NCBI RefSeq assembly: GCF_018977255.1
Contig: NW_024704742.1
Span: 132,186,001-132,250,000 of the forward strand
From: Callorhinchus milii
Taxonomy: Eukaryota
Reading direction: 5' to 3'
DNA: 64,000 nt
Shown here: positions 46,793 through 60,617 of the stretch, piece by piece
Numbering within the stretch: the first letter of the stretch is position 1
Layout of the letters: each line of letters opens with the position of its first letter
Notes under the pieces: model-generated
The model's input: the letters and a program-made list of their open reading frames with translations, nothing else
Told to the model about the DNA's origin: nothing
Databases searched by the model: none
Position numbers and translations under genes: made by a program

Positions 46793-47035
46793 ATGGAGGT
46801 GACGTCCTTCAGATGAGATGTTAAACTGAGGTCCCGTCTGCCTGTTTAAGTACATGTTAAAGATCCTGTGACACCAGTCAATAAAGAGAAGGGAGTTTCT
46901 CCAAGTATTCTGGTCAACAATATCCCAGATAAATATTGATCATTCACTTCTCGGCTGATTGAGGGACCTTGCTGCGTGGGAATTAGCTGCTGCGTTCACC
47001 TACAAATGGCTTACCTACAAATGCACAGTCACTAT
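46793..47035 (+). mobile_element. Deu-domain SINE fragment, followed by a CR1 3' end (about 47040-47272)
   Basis: gatgagatgttaaactgaggtcccgtctgcctg; then FTQRVVEIWNSLPQKA. Confidence 0.82.
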
Positions 47036-49615
47036 GCTAACAAGGCTTTCACCCAAAGGGTAGTGGAAATCTGGAACTCTCTGCCCCAAAAGGCTCTGAA
47101 TGCTGGATCCTTTCACATTTTTAAGACTGAGGCGAATAGATATACGTTAGGTCAGGGTATTAAGGGATACAGGGCAAGGGCGGGTAATTGAACTTGATGT
47201 ACAGATCAGCTATGATAAAGAATGGCGGAACAGGCTCAAAGGACTGAATGGCCTACTCCTGTTTCTATTTTTCCAATTACAAGTAAAACACATTGTGACA
47301 TTTCATCATTACAGGTGATACAATGACAATACATACGCTATACAAGGTGCTAAATAAGGGGTTGTATGCACCAAATGGAAGCATTTATTTTCACTTATAA
47401 CTGATGCCTCAAAACATGTTAGTGAATGGCAAAAATCACAATTATGTTTTCTTTCTTCAAAAGATCATGCAATTGTGTGACTGCTATAGCAGCTGTAAAT
47501 TATAAGGATCTTTAATGTCCACCTGAACAGGCAGATGGGACCTCAGTTTAATGTCTCATCCAACAATACAGTGTACAGTCCAGCACGATATTGGAGTGTC
47601 AGGCTAAACTATACGAGTTCAAAGTCCCTAACAACCTTCAGACTCGGAGGCAAGAGTGCTACCAACTGAGTCAGACCGACACTTTATCATTATTATTAGC
47701 CGCAACCCTTTCCTAAAAATGCAGTGGGATCTTTAACATCTACCTAACAAAATAGAGGCAGACGTATATTGTTTGAGAAAGTCGGCAGAGAAAGAACGTA
47801 TTGTGGACGTATCCATTTTTTTTTACTCTGACACTCGGTGTACATATACATCTTTATCACCTGTAGAGATGGACCATTAGATAAAGGCATTAAATGCACT
47901 TATTGGGTAAAAGTAAAAGAGAAGTGCTGGGCACTGACTGATACCTTCCATTAGGCATTGTGCGAAAATACAGGATTGTGACAAAGAACAGAATGAAAGT
48001 TGCTAATTCTCTGCAACCACCCACCTGTCAATTTAGAAGCCAAAAGGAGCTAGAATGCAGCACGCTCTACTTTCAGAAGCAAGGCCATTGCTAAGCAATC
48101 TCTTTCAATCATTCTCTACCACTTTATTCAATGTGAGAGGCAATGATTTTTCCTCTCTTTCTCTCTCTCTCTCTCCTCAAGGCTGTCACCCCTTCTCAAG
48201 CAGACGAGCCAGGATTTGAAAGCAGGATAATAATAAATAAATAATAATAATCCTTGCATTTGATATAGCGCCTTATCACGTCTTTGAGACGTCTCAAAGT
48301 GCTTCACAGAATATACTGTAAAGTGAATTGATGAGGATGAGGTGTGAGGGTGATAGAAAGGTATGGCTTTTTTGGCTAGCACTTGCATAAGTATGTTATC
48401 CCCCCAAAAATTAGTCATTCATTTCATGGCCATTTATGAGACATTGAAGTGTGCAAATTGGCTGTCACGTTTACCCACAAAACACACAGTCACTCCACTT
48501 TACAATACATCCTTTGAAGCGTTCTTGGACGTCTTCCTGACATGAAATATGCTATAATAAATGTAAGTTAATAATCCCTTAAAAACAAATTTTAATAATA
48601 ATAATTTAGTCACTCGATCCAAGACTATTTGTGGGACACTGCTGTGCCGCAATTGGCTGCTGAGTTTCACTCACAAAATATACAAACAGTTCACTTTACA
48701 GTATATTTTGTGAAGCATTTTGAGAAGTCTCGAAGACGTGAAAAGGCGCTATATCAAATGCAAGGATTAAGGATTGATTATTATTATTATTATAAGAAAC
48801 ACAACTCTATAGGTGGCTTATATTTTCTGTACAAAACATTATCCATTTTCTGTGCAAGGTTACTTGCAACTACAGTACAACCCTGGCTAACAAATCCCCC
48901 AAATAAAATTGGTTGCTCACTTCACAGCTGTTACGGGAAATTGGTGTGCACAAACTGCCTGCCTTGTTGGCTTGCAAAATGTCCTGTGAAGTTCTGAGCA
49001 CGTTTGGGACATCCTCCTGACGTGAAAGACACAATATCAAATGTAAGGATTATTATTATAACCCAAGCAAATAACATATTGTGTAATATAATAATAATTC
49101 TAAAATGTCTTTGATGTTAAAAACAAATGTCTCAAAGAGCTTCATAGAATATAATCGGGTAGAAATTAAGTGAATGCTGCTCTACAGCCAAACACAGTTG
49201 CTAACCGCACCCCATCAACAGTAATGAGACAAGCAGCCAATTGATTAGAAAATGTGAGGGTAAATTTCATTAGCAGGAGAATATAAAGCAGGACAACCAG
49301 GAGAAAGACTCCACATATCTTTGTAATAGTGACAGCAAGGCGTTGCCGTTACATCTGCCTGAAATGCATGTAAATAGAATGTCATTTTGTTGGCAAACGC
49401 AGCAGTTAAATCCAACAAAAAGAGGAGCGCTCACTCTGTGACCTTCTCTTTTGGGGCGGGTCAAGCTGTTCTTGCTCTCTCTCTCTCTCTCTTTGTCTCT
49501 CTCTCTCTGACCTTCAGTGCCCTGTGGTCAGGTAAAGCCATCCTCACTGCCAATACTACTCTGGGAACAGCCTCCCTCCTTTTTTTCGTTAACAACCATT
49601 AAAATAGTTCCAAAG

Positions 49616-49616
<1 letters not shown>

Positions 49617-49650
<34 letters not shown>

Positions 49651-49651
49651 A
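49617..49651. repeat. Compound (CA)n(TA)n microsatellite at a SINE tail
   Basis: Direct reading. Confidence 0.93.
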
Positions 49652-50013
49652 TAAACATAATCCTGACATCTGATACAGCACCATTCACATTGAGAGGACT
49701 GTAAAGTGCAGTGACTATGTATTTTGAGGGCGAACGCAGCAGCCAATTTGCACACAGCAATAACCTGAAAACAGCCATGAAACCAATGACCAATTCTATT
49801 TGGAGGATTCCTGACAAGGTGAAAGGGAAAAATTTCCTTCTCTTTTTGATTAATGCCACAGCTTTAATGTTTCATCCCGAACGACAGCACCTCTGAAAAT
49901 GCAGCACATCCCCAGCACTGCACTGGAGTGTCAGCCCAGACTGTATGTTCTGGCCTGGGACTTGAACCCACCACCTTCTGACTCAGGGGTGAGCATGCTA
50001 CCAACTGAGCCAG
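49652..50013 (-). mobile_element. Deu-domain SINE, near full length
   Basis: rc head ctggctcagttggtagcatgctcacccctgagtcagaaggtggtgggttcaagtcc. Confidence 0.85.
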
Positions 50014-50536
50014 GGAGGTATTGGGCTGCTGGACGATACAGATAGGAAAGCCATTATTTGGATTATATTTCCATCTCTTTCAGCTTTGATGACCTTGTTT
50101 TCTTGGCGTATATTTTCCTCTCTCTCACTCATATACCCAGTCGTGCCAAATAGGATGCAAGCAGCAAATCAACAGGCACGCACTGGAGAGAGAAAAGCCA
50201 AGCCTTAGTTCAAACAGCGTCAGCTCTGAACACAAGCCCACACCTTGTGCATCTGTGCTTTTAAATGTTATGTTTGCGGCTGCAGCTGCTATACCCCCGT
50301 GGTACCTGAACCAACAGTGCTTTGATGCATCAAAGAAAAAGTACCTTCAAACACAAAAGGCTGCGTTCTTTTGAAGTGCTCCTTTCATTGTTCCTTTTAT
50401 TAAGGGAAGCGACTGCAGCATTTGGGATCAATTTTACACAATGGCACTCAGCAGCTTAAAATAATTCAGTGCTCACTAGTTTCTGACTTCTATGCACTCC
50501 CCTCTCTCCCCCACACCCATCGCCCTGCCACCATCC

Positions 50537-50880
50537 ATAATAATAATCCTTCCATTTGATAGAGCACCTTATCACATTGTTCAGAAGTCTCAAAGTACTT
50601 CACAACATATATTGTAAAGTGGATTGATTGTGTATTTTGTGGGCAAAACATGGCAACCAATTGCGCACAGCAGTGTCCCACAAACAGTCGTGGATTGAGT
50701 GATCCAATATTGTTTTTTGGAGCGATCCGCCAATTGACTAGCAACTGTTCCTACTTATTGCTAGGTAAACAGAGGTGTGTGGAGTAAGAAAACTTGCCTA
50801 AGATTTCATCCTGCCCGGGAATCAAACCCAGGTCCTCTCGCTTGCAAGACAAGCGTGCTAACTACTACGCTATGGGATCC
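50537..50880 (-). mobile_element. Long-subfamily SINE
   Basis: Head, core and tail on the minus strand. Confidence 0.9.
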
Positions 50881-52187
50881 GTCCATCCTTCCACCCCTGA
50901 GGTTCACACAGGTGATTAAAAGCCACGTGACTTCAGGCAGCGTAAGGAGCTGACAACACAGTAATGGGTTTCTAGGAGAGCGTGAATATGTCAAGCAGGG
51001 GAGGTTCTCTGACTTTTGCTCAGAGCGGGAGTCCGTGCTGCTAAGTGTTACAGCTGTCAAGTAAGCCTGAAGTACATTGATGGATCCAAAAATACTCCGG
51101 CAAATGTCACGCTCTGTGGTACATCATTACCCATGCCTGCATCCATCAGTTCAACACAGTTTTAATGCATTTTGCATTTCAATTATATACTGTAGAGAGA
51201 GCAAGGGAAAGAAGGATTTAATATTATGTGTTTCGGCACCTGGGTCTAGGAAGAAGTTTGCAACACACGGTTAGAATTTAAAATGTGTTTTTATACTTAA
51301 TAAAATATCTACTTCATCCCCCGACGTGACCTAAATTTAAACTACTATCCCTTTATTTATAAGATGCCACATCAGGACATTTCACACAAAAAATCCACCA
51401 CAAATTGGCCCTTTTTTGTTTTCTCTGTTTTGTTCTCTATGAGGAGATTATTACTCCCTGAAAATTACCAGAGTATTAATAGCAATGATCCTCACATTTA
51501 ATAAAGTGCCTTTAACATTGGGAGGACATCTCAAAGCACTTCACAGGATTTACTGTGATGTGTGGTGACAGTGTATTTTGTAGGCATAAATTGAAGGGGG
51601 GCAGGGAGGGTGTGGGGGGGAGGAAAGGCAGATCAATGGGAATGAATGGATTGCGGTTTCGAGGAGCCAGCACAAACACAATGTGCCAAATGGCTTTCTT
51701 CTGTGCTGCAAATTTCTATGGTTGAGATGTGTAGGTGTATTATTCTGTGGGAGGTGGAGGAAGTTGATTCTCCTTGCAGAGGCCTTGATCAGCCTCTGGG
51801 CTGTTTTTCTCTGTTTCCTGTCTAGATACGGTAAGTACATGAAGGATAAATGCTTAAGCAGAATGAGGATAAAGCAGGGCACTGGGATTGAATGGACAGA
51901 TTGCTCTGAAAGTCGGTGCAGACTCAATAGGCCAAATGGCCTCTATCTGCGCTGTAAATTTCTATGATTCTATGAGGTATCCATGTATCAATAATGATAA
52001 TAATCTTTGCTTTTGATATAGCCCTAACATCGGGAAGAAATCACAAAGCACTTCACAGGACATACTATAAAGTGTATTGAGTGTGTTATTTGCAGTCAAA
52101 CGTAACTCACGCAAGGAAGGCATTAGATGTCGGAAACGTTACCCCATTATTTCTGCATTTTGCAGGATACAACTAACAAGCTAACTC

Positions 52188-52516
52188 GTGGAGTCCTGTA
52201 GCTCAGTGGTTAGAGCACTCGCTTTGCAAGTGAGAGACCTGAGTTCAATTCCAGGCAGGGCGAGACCTTGGGCAAGTTTCCTTACTCCACACGCCTAATA
52301 ATAATCCCTCCAAAACCAAAAACAATAATAAATTGGTCATTTTCAATCCACGACTGTTTGTGGGACATTGCTGTGCGCAATTAGCTGCCGCGTTCGCCCA
52401 CAAATATACAGTCAATTCACTTTACAGTATATTCTGTGAAGCGCTTTGGGACGTCCTCCCGACGTGAAAAGCGCTATATCAAATGCAAGGATTATTATTA
52501 TTATTATTATTATTAT
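52188..52516 (+). mobile_element. Full-length young tRNA-Ala SINE, short subfamily
   Basis: gtggagtcctgtagctcagtgg...actccacacgcctaataat...long (ATT)n. Confidence 0.96.
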
Positions 52517-54619
52517 AAGCATTCTTTGATTCCACAAATCAGATGTATGACTGGTATTATCAGTGATTTGATGCTTATCAAAGGTATCACTTCATGAACT
52601 AGCACCTCCCTACCTCTCCAACCCTCTCACCCCCATTCCTCTACCCACCCCTTTCACTCAGCTGGCTCCAGCCTTGTCACTCAATCCTGTTTGTGGGACA
52701 CCTCTGTGCGCAATTGGCAGCACCCACAAAATACATAATCAATCCACTTTACAATATATTCTGTGAAGCGCTTTGACACAGCTCAACGATGTGATGAGGC
52801 TCTCTATCAAATACATGGATTATTATTATTATTAATCTTGTCCTCAGCAATAGATTTAAGACCTAGCTGCATGAGAGCTAAAATTCCAGTTGGCCTTTTG
52901 CATTGCACATTGACAATGTTGGCCTGAAATGGAGTCATCCACTTTGGATACAAATAAAGGCAGATTGTGTCAGCAAATTCAAGAAGGAATTAATTAGCTA
53001 TTTGGCAAACACAGTAAGACACATATTACAACAACAACGCTTTGCATTTATATAGTACCCTTCATGGGGGGGAAGCGTCTCGGAGTGCTTAACAGTGGTG
53101 GAGCCTCACGACGAGTCAGGGGGAGGAAGGAGATGACCTTAAGCACCGTTGAAGAGAAAAGTCATGATCTAATCTCGGACAGATGAATCCCAATGTTTTT
53201 CATCGATCCTGTACACTGCTATATTGCTAACATGTCGCAAAGTCTGATTGCATGGTTCAAATGGCTTGGCTCCTAAGTGCAATGTCAAATTGCTTCACAG
53301 TTTGAAACGGGTTTTAAATACAATAGCAGGAAGGTATGTTTTTTTACAGTTCCACAATCTTATACATGTTAAATACCCTTATCACAGCATAGCAAAGCCT
53401 GCATTTAAAGACTGCTTATGGTTCTTGGAAATGTCATGCTCCCTGGGCTGGTCATTTTTCAGCTCATGCACCATGACATCCCAAAGACACATATCATTGG
53501 TTTGAAGCAAAGCTTTACACTCTGCAAAATATTCATGGAACATCGCTTCCACTATAATCATTAGACATGCCAGCACATTTCGACAGCAGAGGAACAGAGG
53601 CAAAGCCCTGTGAAATTCACAATTGGGTGTTAGTTTCATATCGAATACCATGCAAATGAAGTCACTATCTGGCATTGTGGATTTTTGCATCAAATAGACT
53701 GCATCATTTCCCCCAAGTAAGCGAAGGGTTCTTGTTAATGCTTCAATTGGTACAAGGAATGAATCCATACAACAAGGAAATGGCGTAATCTGTTTATTTT
53801 ATTTCAGCCCCAACAAGTACGAGAAGCTGATTCCCCCTCTCTCTCCGTACTCTCTCTCTCTCCCTCCTCTCCTCCCCATCCCATCTCTCTTTTCTCCTTT
53901 TGCTTCCAGTCAGGCACACTCGTGCAAAACTTTAATTGGTTCCCAGGCTCAACCCTTCAACCCCCCCCCGCCCCATCCCCCAAACAACAAACAACTGGGT
54001 TCCTGCTTACCACTGGGTAAACAGAGGCGTGTGAAGGAAGGAAACTTGCCTAAGGTTTCAACCCAAACGAACCCGAGTCCTCTCGTTTGCCAGGCGAGCA
54101 CACTAGCCACAACATCACAGGACTCCGTAGCTCCTATAGTGATAAGGCACTGTATCAAATGAAGTATCAAATGCAATCATTATGTTCTTAAATTTTAGGA
54201 CAAGATTAGGTGGAATTCCAGGATTCAGATAAATAGACCTTTCCTTGGCAGTTCAGGATTAATAGTAATAATACTAAATTGATATCTTGACTTCTTTGGC
54301 TTAAGGTCAGCTCCATAATTCTAGTTTTTCTGACACAAGATACATCTTTACAGTTGCCTTATTTATTCCCTTCAACATTTTAAACACTTCTGTCATGTCT
54401 ACATTTAAATGCTTATTTTTTCCCCAATGTGAATAGATTTTGCTTCTTTTCACTCTCTTCACAGCTCAGTGAGTGATCTAAAACATGGAATCATCTTTGT
54501 TGCTCTTTCTAAATTCATTCCACCGCCTTCGGTCTATTTTCTTGAGCAAGATGACTGCACCCAGGCACAAACTAACTTCTGGTCTTATCAGCGTAATACT
54601 TTGTTACTTCTTGATTTAG

Positions 54620-54808
54620 GAGCCAGTCTGGGCCAGTTGATAGCACTCTCGCTCCTGAGTCAGAAGGTTATGGATTCAAACCCCACATCAGGACTTTGAA
54701 CTCATGATAGTCCAGGCTGGGGATGTACTGTCTTGTAGGACTTGCCATCCTTTAGATGAGATATTAAATTGAGGTCTGCCTGTTTAGCTCATTGTTAAAC
54801 ATCCCATG
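54620..54808 (+). mobile_element. Deu-domain SINE 5' half
   Basis: gatagcactctcgctcctgagtcagaaggttatggattcaaacc. Confidence 0.78.
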
Positions 54809-54814
54809 TAGTAT

Positions 54815-55095
54815 GTCTCTCATGCTCTCCCTCAGACTCTTTCTCTCGCATTCGCCCTTGGAGTCTTTTTCTCTCACGCTCCCCTTGGATATTCTTTCTT
54901 ATGCTCTGCCTCTGAGCCTCTTTCTGTCAGGCAAACTCTCGCTTACCCTTTCCCTTGGAGTCTCTTTCTCTCACCTTCTCCTTCGAGTCTCTCTCTCTCT
55001 CATATGCGTTCTCTCTCTAACCGAAATAATTCAGTCTGTTTCGCTCTCCCTCTCCTTTCTCACTCGCACCGAGTATCTCTCACGTTCTCTCTCCA
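54815..55095. repeat. CT-rich low-complexity / degenerate minisatellite
   Basis: Recurrent ctctttctctc and cccttgga motifs. Confidence 0.7.
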
Positions 55096-56445
55096 GTACA
55101 AATTTAAATAAGCGGACCTCCAAAAAGTGTAATTAATGATTAATAAACTGCAACGCATACAAAGGATAGAAGGCAAATAGTAATGTAATGGTATAAATGA
55201 AGCATAAGGATAAACTTCTGCTCCTCATCTTTTAATATTTGTTTTCAGAATCCCAACAAAACCTGATCCTCTATATGCCCGTTTCAAATTTACATTCATA
55301 CAGTGTCATTTGTGTTGGGAGGACGTCCCATGGCGCTTAACAGTCCTAGCTGGACACCCGAGCTGGGATGAGAGCCGAAGAGGGTGTGGAGCGGAAAGAT
55401 GGTCGAATGCGCAGTCAAAGAGGAAAGTCTTGAGCTGGACCTTAAGAGAGGTGAGGGAGGGAACGAGTCGAAGGGGCTCCAGGATAGAGTTTCAAGGAGA
55501 ATATATGAGAAAAATATTCATTTGTTACAATATGAGAAAAGAAACTCATTGCTGGCACCCACCTACACATACACAGTCACTCCACTTCACAGTAAAATCC
55601 TGCGAAGTGCTTTGAGACGTCCTCCCAACGTGAAAGGTGCTGCACCAAAAGCATATTATTGATAATAATAATCCTTGCATTTGATATAGCGCCATATCAC
55701 GTCATTGAGACATCTCCAAGAGCTTCACAGAATATACTATAAAGTTAATTGACTGTATACTTTGTGGGCGAAACAATGCACTCAATTGCGCACAGCAATC
55801 ATTCTTCTTATTTCTGCCCTATTATGATTCTGTTTACTTTCCCCACGCCATGGTTCTGATTCCAGCTTTGCTACTGTTAAGTGCTCTGGGAAGCCATCCG
55901 GCGTGAAGAGCGCTATATAAATGCAAGTTGTTTTTGTTGATGTTGTTTGCGCATCAGGATCTTTTCTGGAGAGAGAAAAAAATGTAATGTGCTTCTACCA
56001 CAGATATTTGTTCAGTTGAAGTTGTATTTTCTAGAGAAAGTATATCCCCTTCAGTACTTTTAACTTATTTGAAGATCCTGTTTTATTTATGCAATCGCGG
56101 GCCTGTCTGAGACTTCACTGCTGTCACTTTATAGCTGGGAGAGACAAGCTGCCCCATGGTTTGATACAGCAATACCAGCACAGAGTTGTATTCTCACGCT
56201 TTGTGTATAATTGTTCTGTATACAATCTTGTGGTAGACAGATAGCCAGAGGCAAGGCTGAAACGTTCCTAATGGAGAAGAGCAAAATGAAGGATGACTCA
56301 GTGTAGCCCTGTTCAAAAGCATTTTACTGTAGCGGGAATTCATGAACAAAGCTGTTGGACTATTCACCTGATTTTACATACATTTAAAACTGAGATCAGG
56401 GTCTGGGCAGAGGTTTTGAGGAAGAGACATTGATTTCACATGATA

Positions 56446-56805
56446 TAATAATAATAATAATCCTTGCATTTGATATAGCACCTTATCACATAGTTCAGAT
56501 GTCTCAAAGTGCTTCACAGATTATACTGTAAAGTGAATTGACTGTGTGTTTTGTGGGTGAAATGCAGTTGCCAATTGCGCACAACAGTGTCCCAAACAGT
56601 CGTAGATTGAATGACCATATTTTTAAGGGAATTTAACCCCAGAAAGTGATCCACCAATCGACTAACAACCAGGTTCCTATTTACTGCTAGGTAAACAGAG
56701 GCATGTGGAGTAACAAAAATTGCTACGGTTTCGCCCTTCCTAGGAATCAAACCTGGGTCCTCTCATTTAAAAGGCGAGTGCTCTAACCAATATGCTACAG
56801 GACTC
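56446..56805 (-). mobile_element. Full-length long-subfamily SINE
   Basis: (AAT)n...gtgctctaaccaatatgctacaggactc. Confidence 0.92.
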
Positions 56806-57015
56806 TGAGATCAGGGTCTCAGCAGCGGTCCTGAGAGATGGTTGTGACACATCAGGCAGTCACCATTTCTGAATCTTTTTGCGACTCTCGCAAGTTACAC
56901 CCCATCGTCTGTTGATACTTGAGCGAGCAATCAAAACATAATCACTTGCGTTACTAACATTTTATAGTAAAAATATAATGGTCTCACCCTATGTAATGGG
57001 GATATAGGGATAGGC

Positions 57016-57512
57016 TGTTAGTCTGGCTCAGTAAGCAGCAATCCTGTCACTGTGTAGGAAGGTTGTGGCTTCAAGTCTCACATCAGGACTTTGATCTCAC
57101 ATAGTCTAGGCTGACACTCCAATGCAATGCAGTGTTGGGGCTGTGCTTCATTGTTGGAGGTGCAGTACTATGGATGAGATGTTAACCCCAGGTCCCGTCT
57201 GCCTGTTCAGATGGACGTTAAAGATCCCATGACGCTATTTGAAAAGCAATGGGAGTTTCTCTCAGGGTCCCTGCCTAAACCGTGCATAAAATTGATCATT
57301 CACTTCATGACTGTTTCTGGGACATTGCTGTGCACAACTGTGCACAAATTGGCTGCCATATTTTCTTCTGAAGTACAGTCACTCAACTTTACTGTAAATA
57401 ATGTAAATAATAATGATCCTTGCATTTGATATAGCACCTTATCACGTGAAGCGCTATGAGACTCCCTCTAGACAAGAAAGGCACTACATCAAATGCAAGG
57501 ACCATTATTTAT
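57016..57512 (+). mobile_element. Full-length Deu-domain SINE with a short antisense SINE tail inserted (about 57400-57447)
   Basis: ggatgagatgttaaccccaggtcccgtctgcctgttcagatggacgttaaagatcccatgacgctattt. Confidence 0.88.
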
Positions 57513-58639
57513 TTTAAGAGGATAAAAAATCTTCAGAAGGAGAAAGCATTTAGATTTATTTAAGCTGAATGCTTCCATAGTTCTCAGCCCAGCTCCTGGA
57601 CTCACTTCCTCACCTAATCACTCAATCTTTCACTTTTCACAAACACATCTTGTTACCTCTTGAATGCATTTGTTCTGTGTGCTTCAGTGCCCTAACCTCG
57701 GTAACCTATTCGACGAGGCTATTTTGGTTTGTGTAAATATGTTCCACCTGAATTTCCTTTCTCATCTTTAACACGCATCCCTTTCCTCCACTGTGTTAAA
57801 AAATGTCACTGAGTTGAATAATCTGCCTGCATTATCCTTGCCAATCCCCAATGTGATCTTGAAAACTTTTTCCAGATCAGCTCACAGTTTTCTGATTTCT
57901 AAAAAAAAAACAGCCCGAGAGTTTCTCCCGACGTCCTGGTCAAAATCGCCCAAATAAAGTTGGTCACTCACTCCATGACTATTTATGGGTCGTATTTTGC
58001 CCACAAAATTCATTCCATTTTAGAGTATATCCCGTGAAGCACTTTGAGACATCTCGACAGCCATGATAAGGCGCTGTATCAAAATGCAAGGATAATTCTA
58101 TTAATTATTATTATTGGTCCAGATGAAGAAGGCCCTTCGGCCCATCTGATCTCATCGCTATCATCTCTTCCATCACTGCGCATAAGTGAGTCCCAGTGTC
58201 TTGGTCTCAGCCACCCTACCTGGAAACTTACCCTTTGCAAAAAAAATCCTGGCATTTGTCCTGAAAATTGCCCTTTGCAATTTTAAACCTGTGTCCTCTT
58301 GTTCTACTTGTGTTGATACATCCTAAGGTATTGATCTGGTTTTACTAAACTCTGGGACAATCATACTCTTCCTAGCATTATGTGACCTATTTAGCATGTC
58401 ATCGTTCAGTTCTCATAGGTGCCCGGTGTATTTAGATTGCTAAAAGCAACAATCTGTTCTGCTAAATGGGAAATTCCATTAGATTGATTGGGAAGAAAGG
58501 ATCAAAATTACATTGGCAAATTCTTGGGATCACTAGGGAAAGTTTAGGCATTTCATTAAACTAACTCATACAATTCAGTGAGTTATGTAACAAGTAACAA
58601 TAAATGTCCAACCCGAATTAGATTATTATTAGATAACAC

Positions 58640-59007
58640 TAATAATAATCCTTGTATTTGATACAGCGCCTTATCCCATCTTTGAGATGTCTCAAAGTGC
58701 TTCACAGAATATACTGTAAAGTGAATTGACTGTATATTTTGGGGGAGAAAAGTGGCAGCCAATTGCGCACAGCAGTGTCCCACAAACAGTCGTGGATTAA
58801 GTGACCAAGTTATTTTTATGTATTTTGAAGGAATTATTACCCCCGGAAAAGCGAATTGCCAATCGAGTAACAACCAGATTCCTACTTACTGCTACGTTAA
58901 CAGAGGTGTGGATTAAGGAAAATTGCCCAATATTTCACCCTGCTGGGAATCAAAGCCAGATCTCTTGCTTACGAGCCAAGTGCTCTAACCACTGAGCTAC
59001 AGGACTC
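58640..59007 (-). mobile_element. Full-length long-subfamily SINE, followed by a second head-only fragment (about 59028-59098)
   Basis: tgctctaaccactgagctacaggactc terminus; core and tail intact. Confidence 0.92.
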
Positions 59008-59099
59008 TACATGTTGCTCAATTGATCAACATTTTGCCTTGCCAGGAATTGAACCCTGGTTGTGAGGCAAGTGCTCTCACCACCGAGCTGCAGGACCCT

Positions 59100-59438
59100 C
59101 AGGATATACGGTAAAGTGGATTGACTGTGTATTTTGTGGGGGAAGCACGGCAGACAGTTGCACACAGCAGTGTCCCACAAACATCCATGAAGTGAGTAAC
59201 CAATTTTGTTTTTTATTTGGGGGATTGTTGGCCAGAACACTGGGAGAGAGAAACACCCTTCTCTTTTTGAGTAATGCCATTGGTCATTTAACATCTACTT
59301 GAACAGGCAGATGGGACCTCGGTTTAACGTCTCATCCGAACAACACCAACTCTGACAATGCAACGCCCCCCAGATCTGTATTGGAGTGTCAGTTTAGACT
59401 ATGTGATCCCAAGTCCTGATGTGGGGCTTGAAACCCAT
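59100..59438 (-). mobile_element. Deu-domain SINE
   Basis: rc cggatgagacgttaaaccgaggtcccatctgcctgttcaag. Confidence 0.87.
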
Positions 59439-59457
59439 TAGCAATGTGTCATGAAGA

Positions 59458-60170
59458 GTGTTAGTTTGGCTCATCGATAGCGCTCTCAACTATGTGTCAG
59501 GACAACAACAACAACTTGCATTTATATAGTGCCCCTCTCACGTCCCAGAGCGCTTGACAGTGGCAGAGCATGACATCGAGCCAGGGGAGGGGGAAGTGAC
59601 AATAGACACGGTTGAATAGGAAGGTCTTCAGGCGTGACTTGAACATGGGGAAGGAAGGGACTAGGCAGAGGGATACAGGAAGAGTGTTCCAGAGTTTTAG
59701 AGCATAGTGGTTGAAAATGCGGCCATCAATGGTGGAACATAAAGCATGAGGGACATGCTGAAGGCTGGACCCAGTTGAGTGGAGGCAGCGGGGTGTGGGT
59801 TGGTGGGTAAGCACATCGGAATGGTTGTGGGTTCAAGACCAATGTCAGGATTTGGACTCAGTCTTACCTGACACTCCAATGCAATTCTGGGGCAGTGTTG
59901 CATTGTCAGAGGCACCGTCCTTCAAATAAAACGTTAAACCAAGGTCCCGTCCTCCATTTGAAAAGAGAAGGGCGTTTCTCCCGGTGTGCTGGGAAACAAT
60001 CCCCCAAATAAAATTGGTCACTCACTCTATTGCTGTTGATAGGAAATCATTGTAATCATGTGCAAATTGGCTGTGCGATTGCCCACAAAGTACACAGTCA
60101 CTACACTTTACAATATATCCTTTGAGATGTCCTCCCGACGTGAAAGGTGCTAAATCAAATGTGAAGATTA
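59458..60170 (+). mobile_element. Deu-domain SINE whose head is split by an antisense L2 3' fragment (59503-about 59817)
   Basis: gtgtcagga|(CAA)n...L2...|ggaatggttgtgggttcaag; the L2 gives STIDGRIFNHYALKLWNTLP. Confidence 0.85.
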
Positions 60171-60246
60171 AAAGCACATTTCCCCATAGTTCCTTCCTGT
60201 GTCTCCTTCTTCACACCCCACAACACACACAAACACATAACACTGT

Positions 60247-60617
60247 GTGGTGTCCTGCAGCTCAGAGAGCAGAGTACTCGCCTCACAAGCAAGAGGGCCT
60301 GCATTCAATTCGCGGGCAGGGCAAAATGTTGGGCAAGTTTCCTACCCAACGTGCCTCTGTTTAGCTCGCAGTAAGTAGGAACCCAGTTGTTAGTCTATTG
60401 GCAGATCGCTTTTCTGAGGGTAATATTCCCTTAAAAAAAAATGAATTGGTCACTCAATCCATGAATGTTTGTGGGGTACTGCTACGCACAATTGGTTGCT
60501 GCGATTCGCCCACAAAATATGCAGTCAATCTACTTTACAGTGTATTCTGTGAAGCGCTTTGAGACGTCTCAACGACATAATAAGGCGCTATATAAAATGA
60601 AAGGATTATTATTATTA
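60247..60617 (+). mobile_element. Full-length long-subfamily SINE
   Basis: gtggtgtcctgcagctcagag...gggcaagtttcc...gcgctatataaaatgaaaggattatt. Confidence 0.9.

Noticed and set aside
57405..57511. Second fold-back palindrome
   Set aside because: The arms differ at several positions and share no unique flank. Better explained as two independent SINE tails in opposite orientation.
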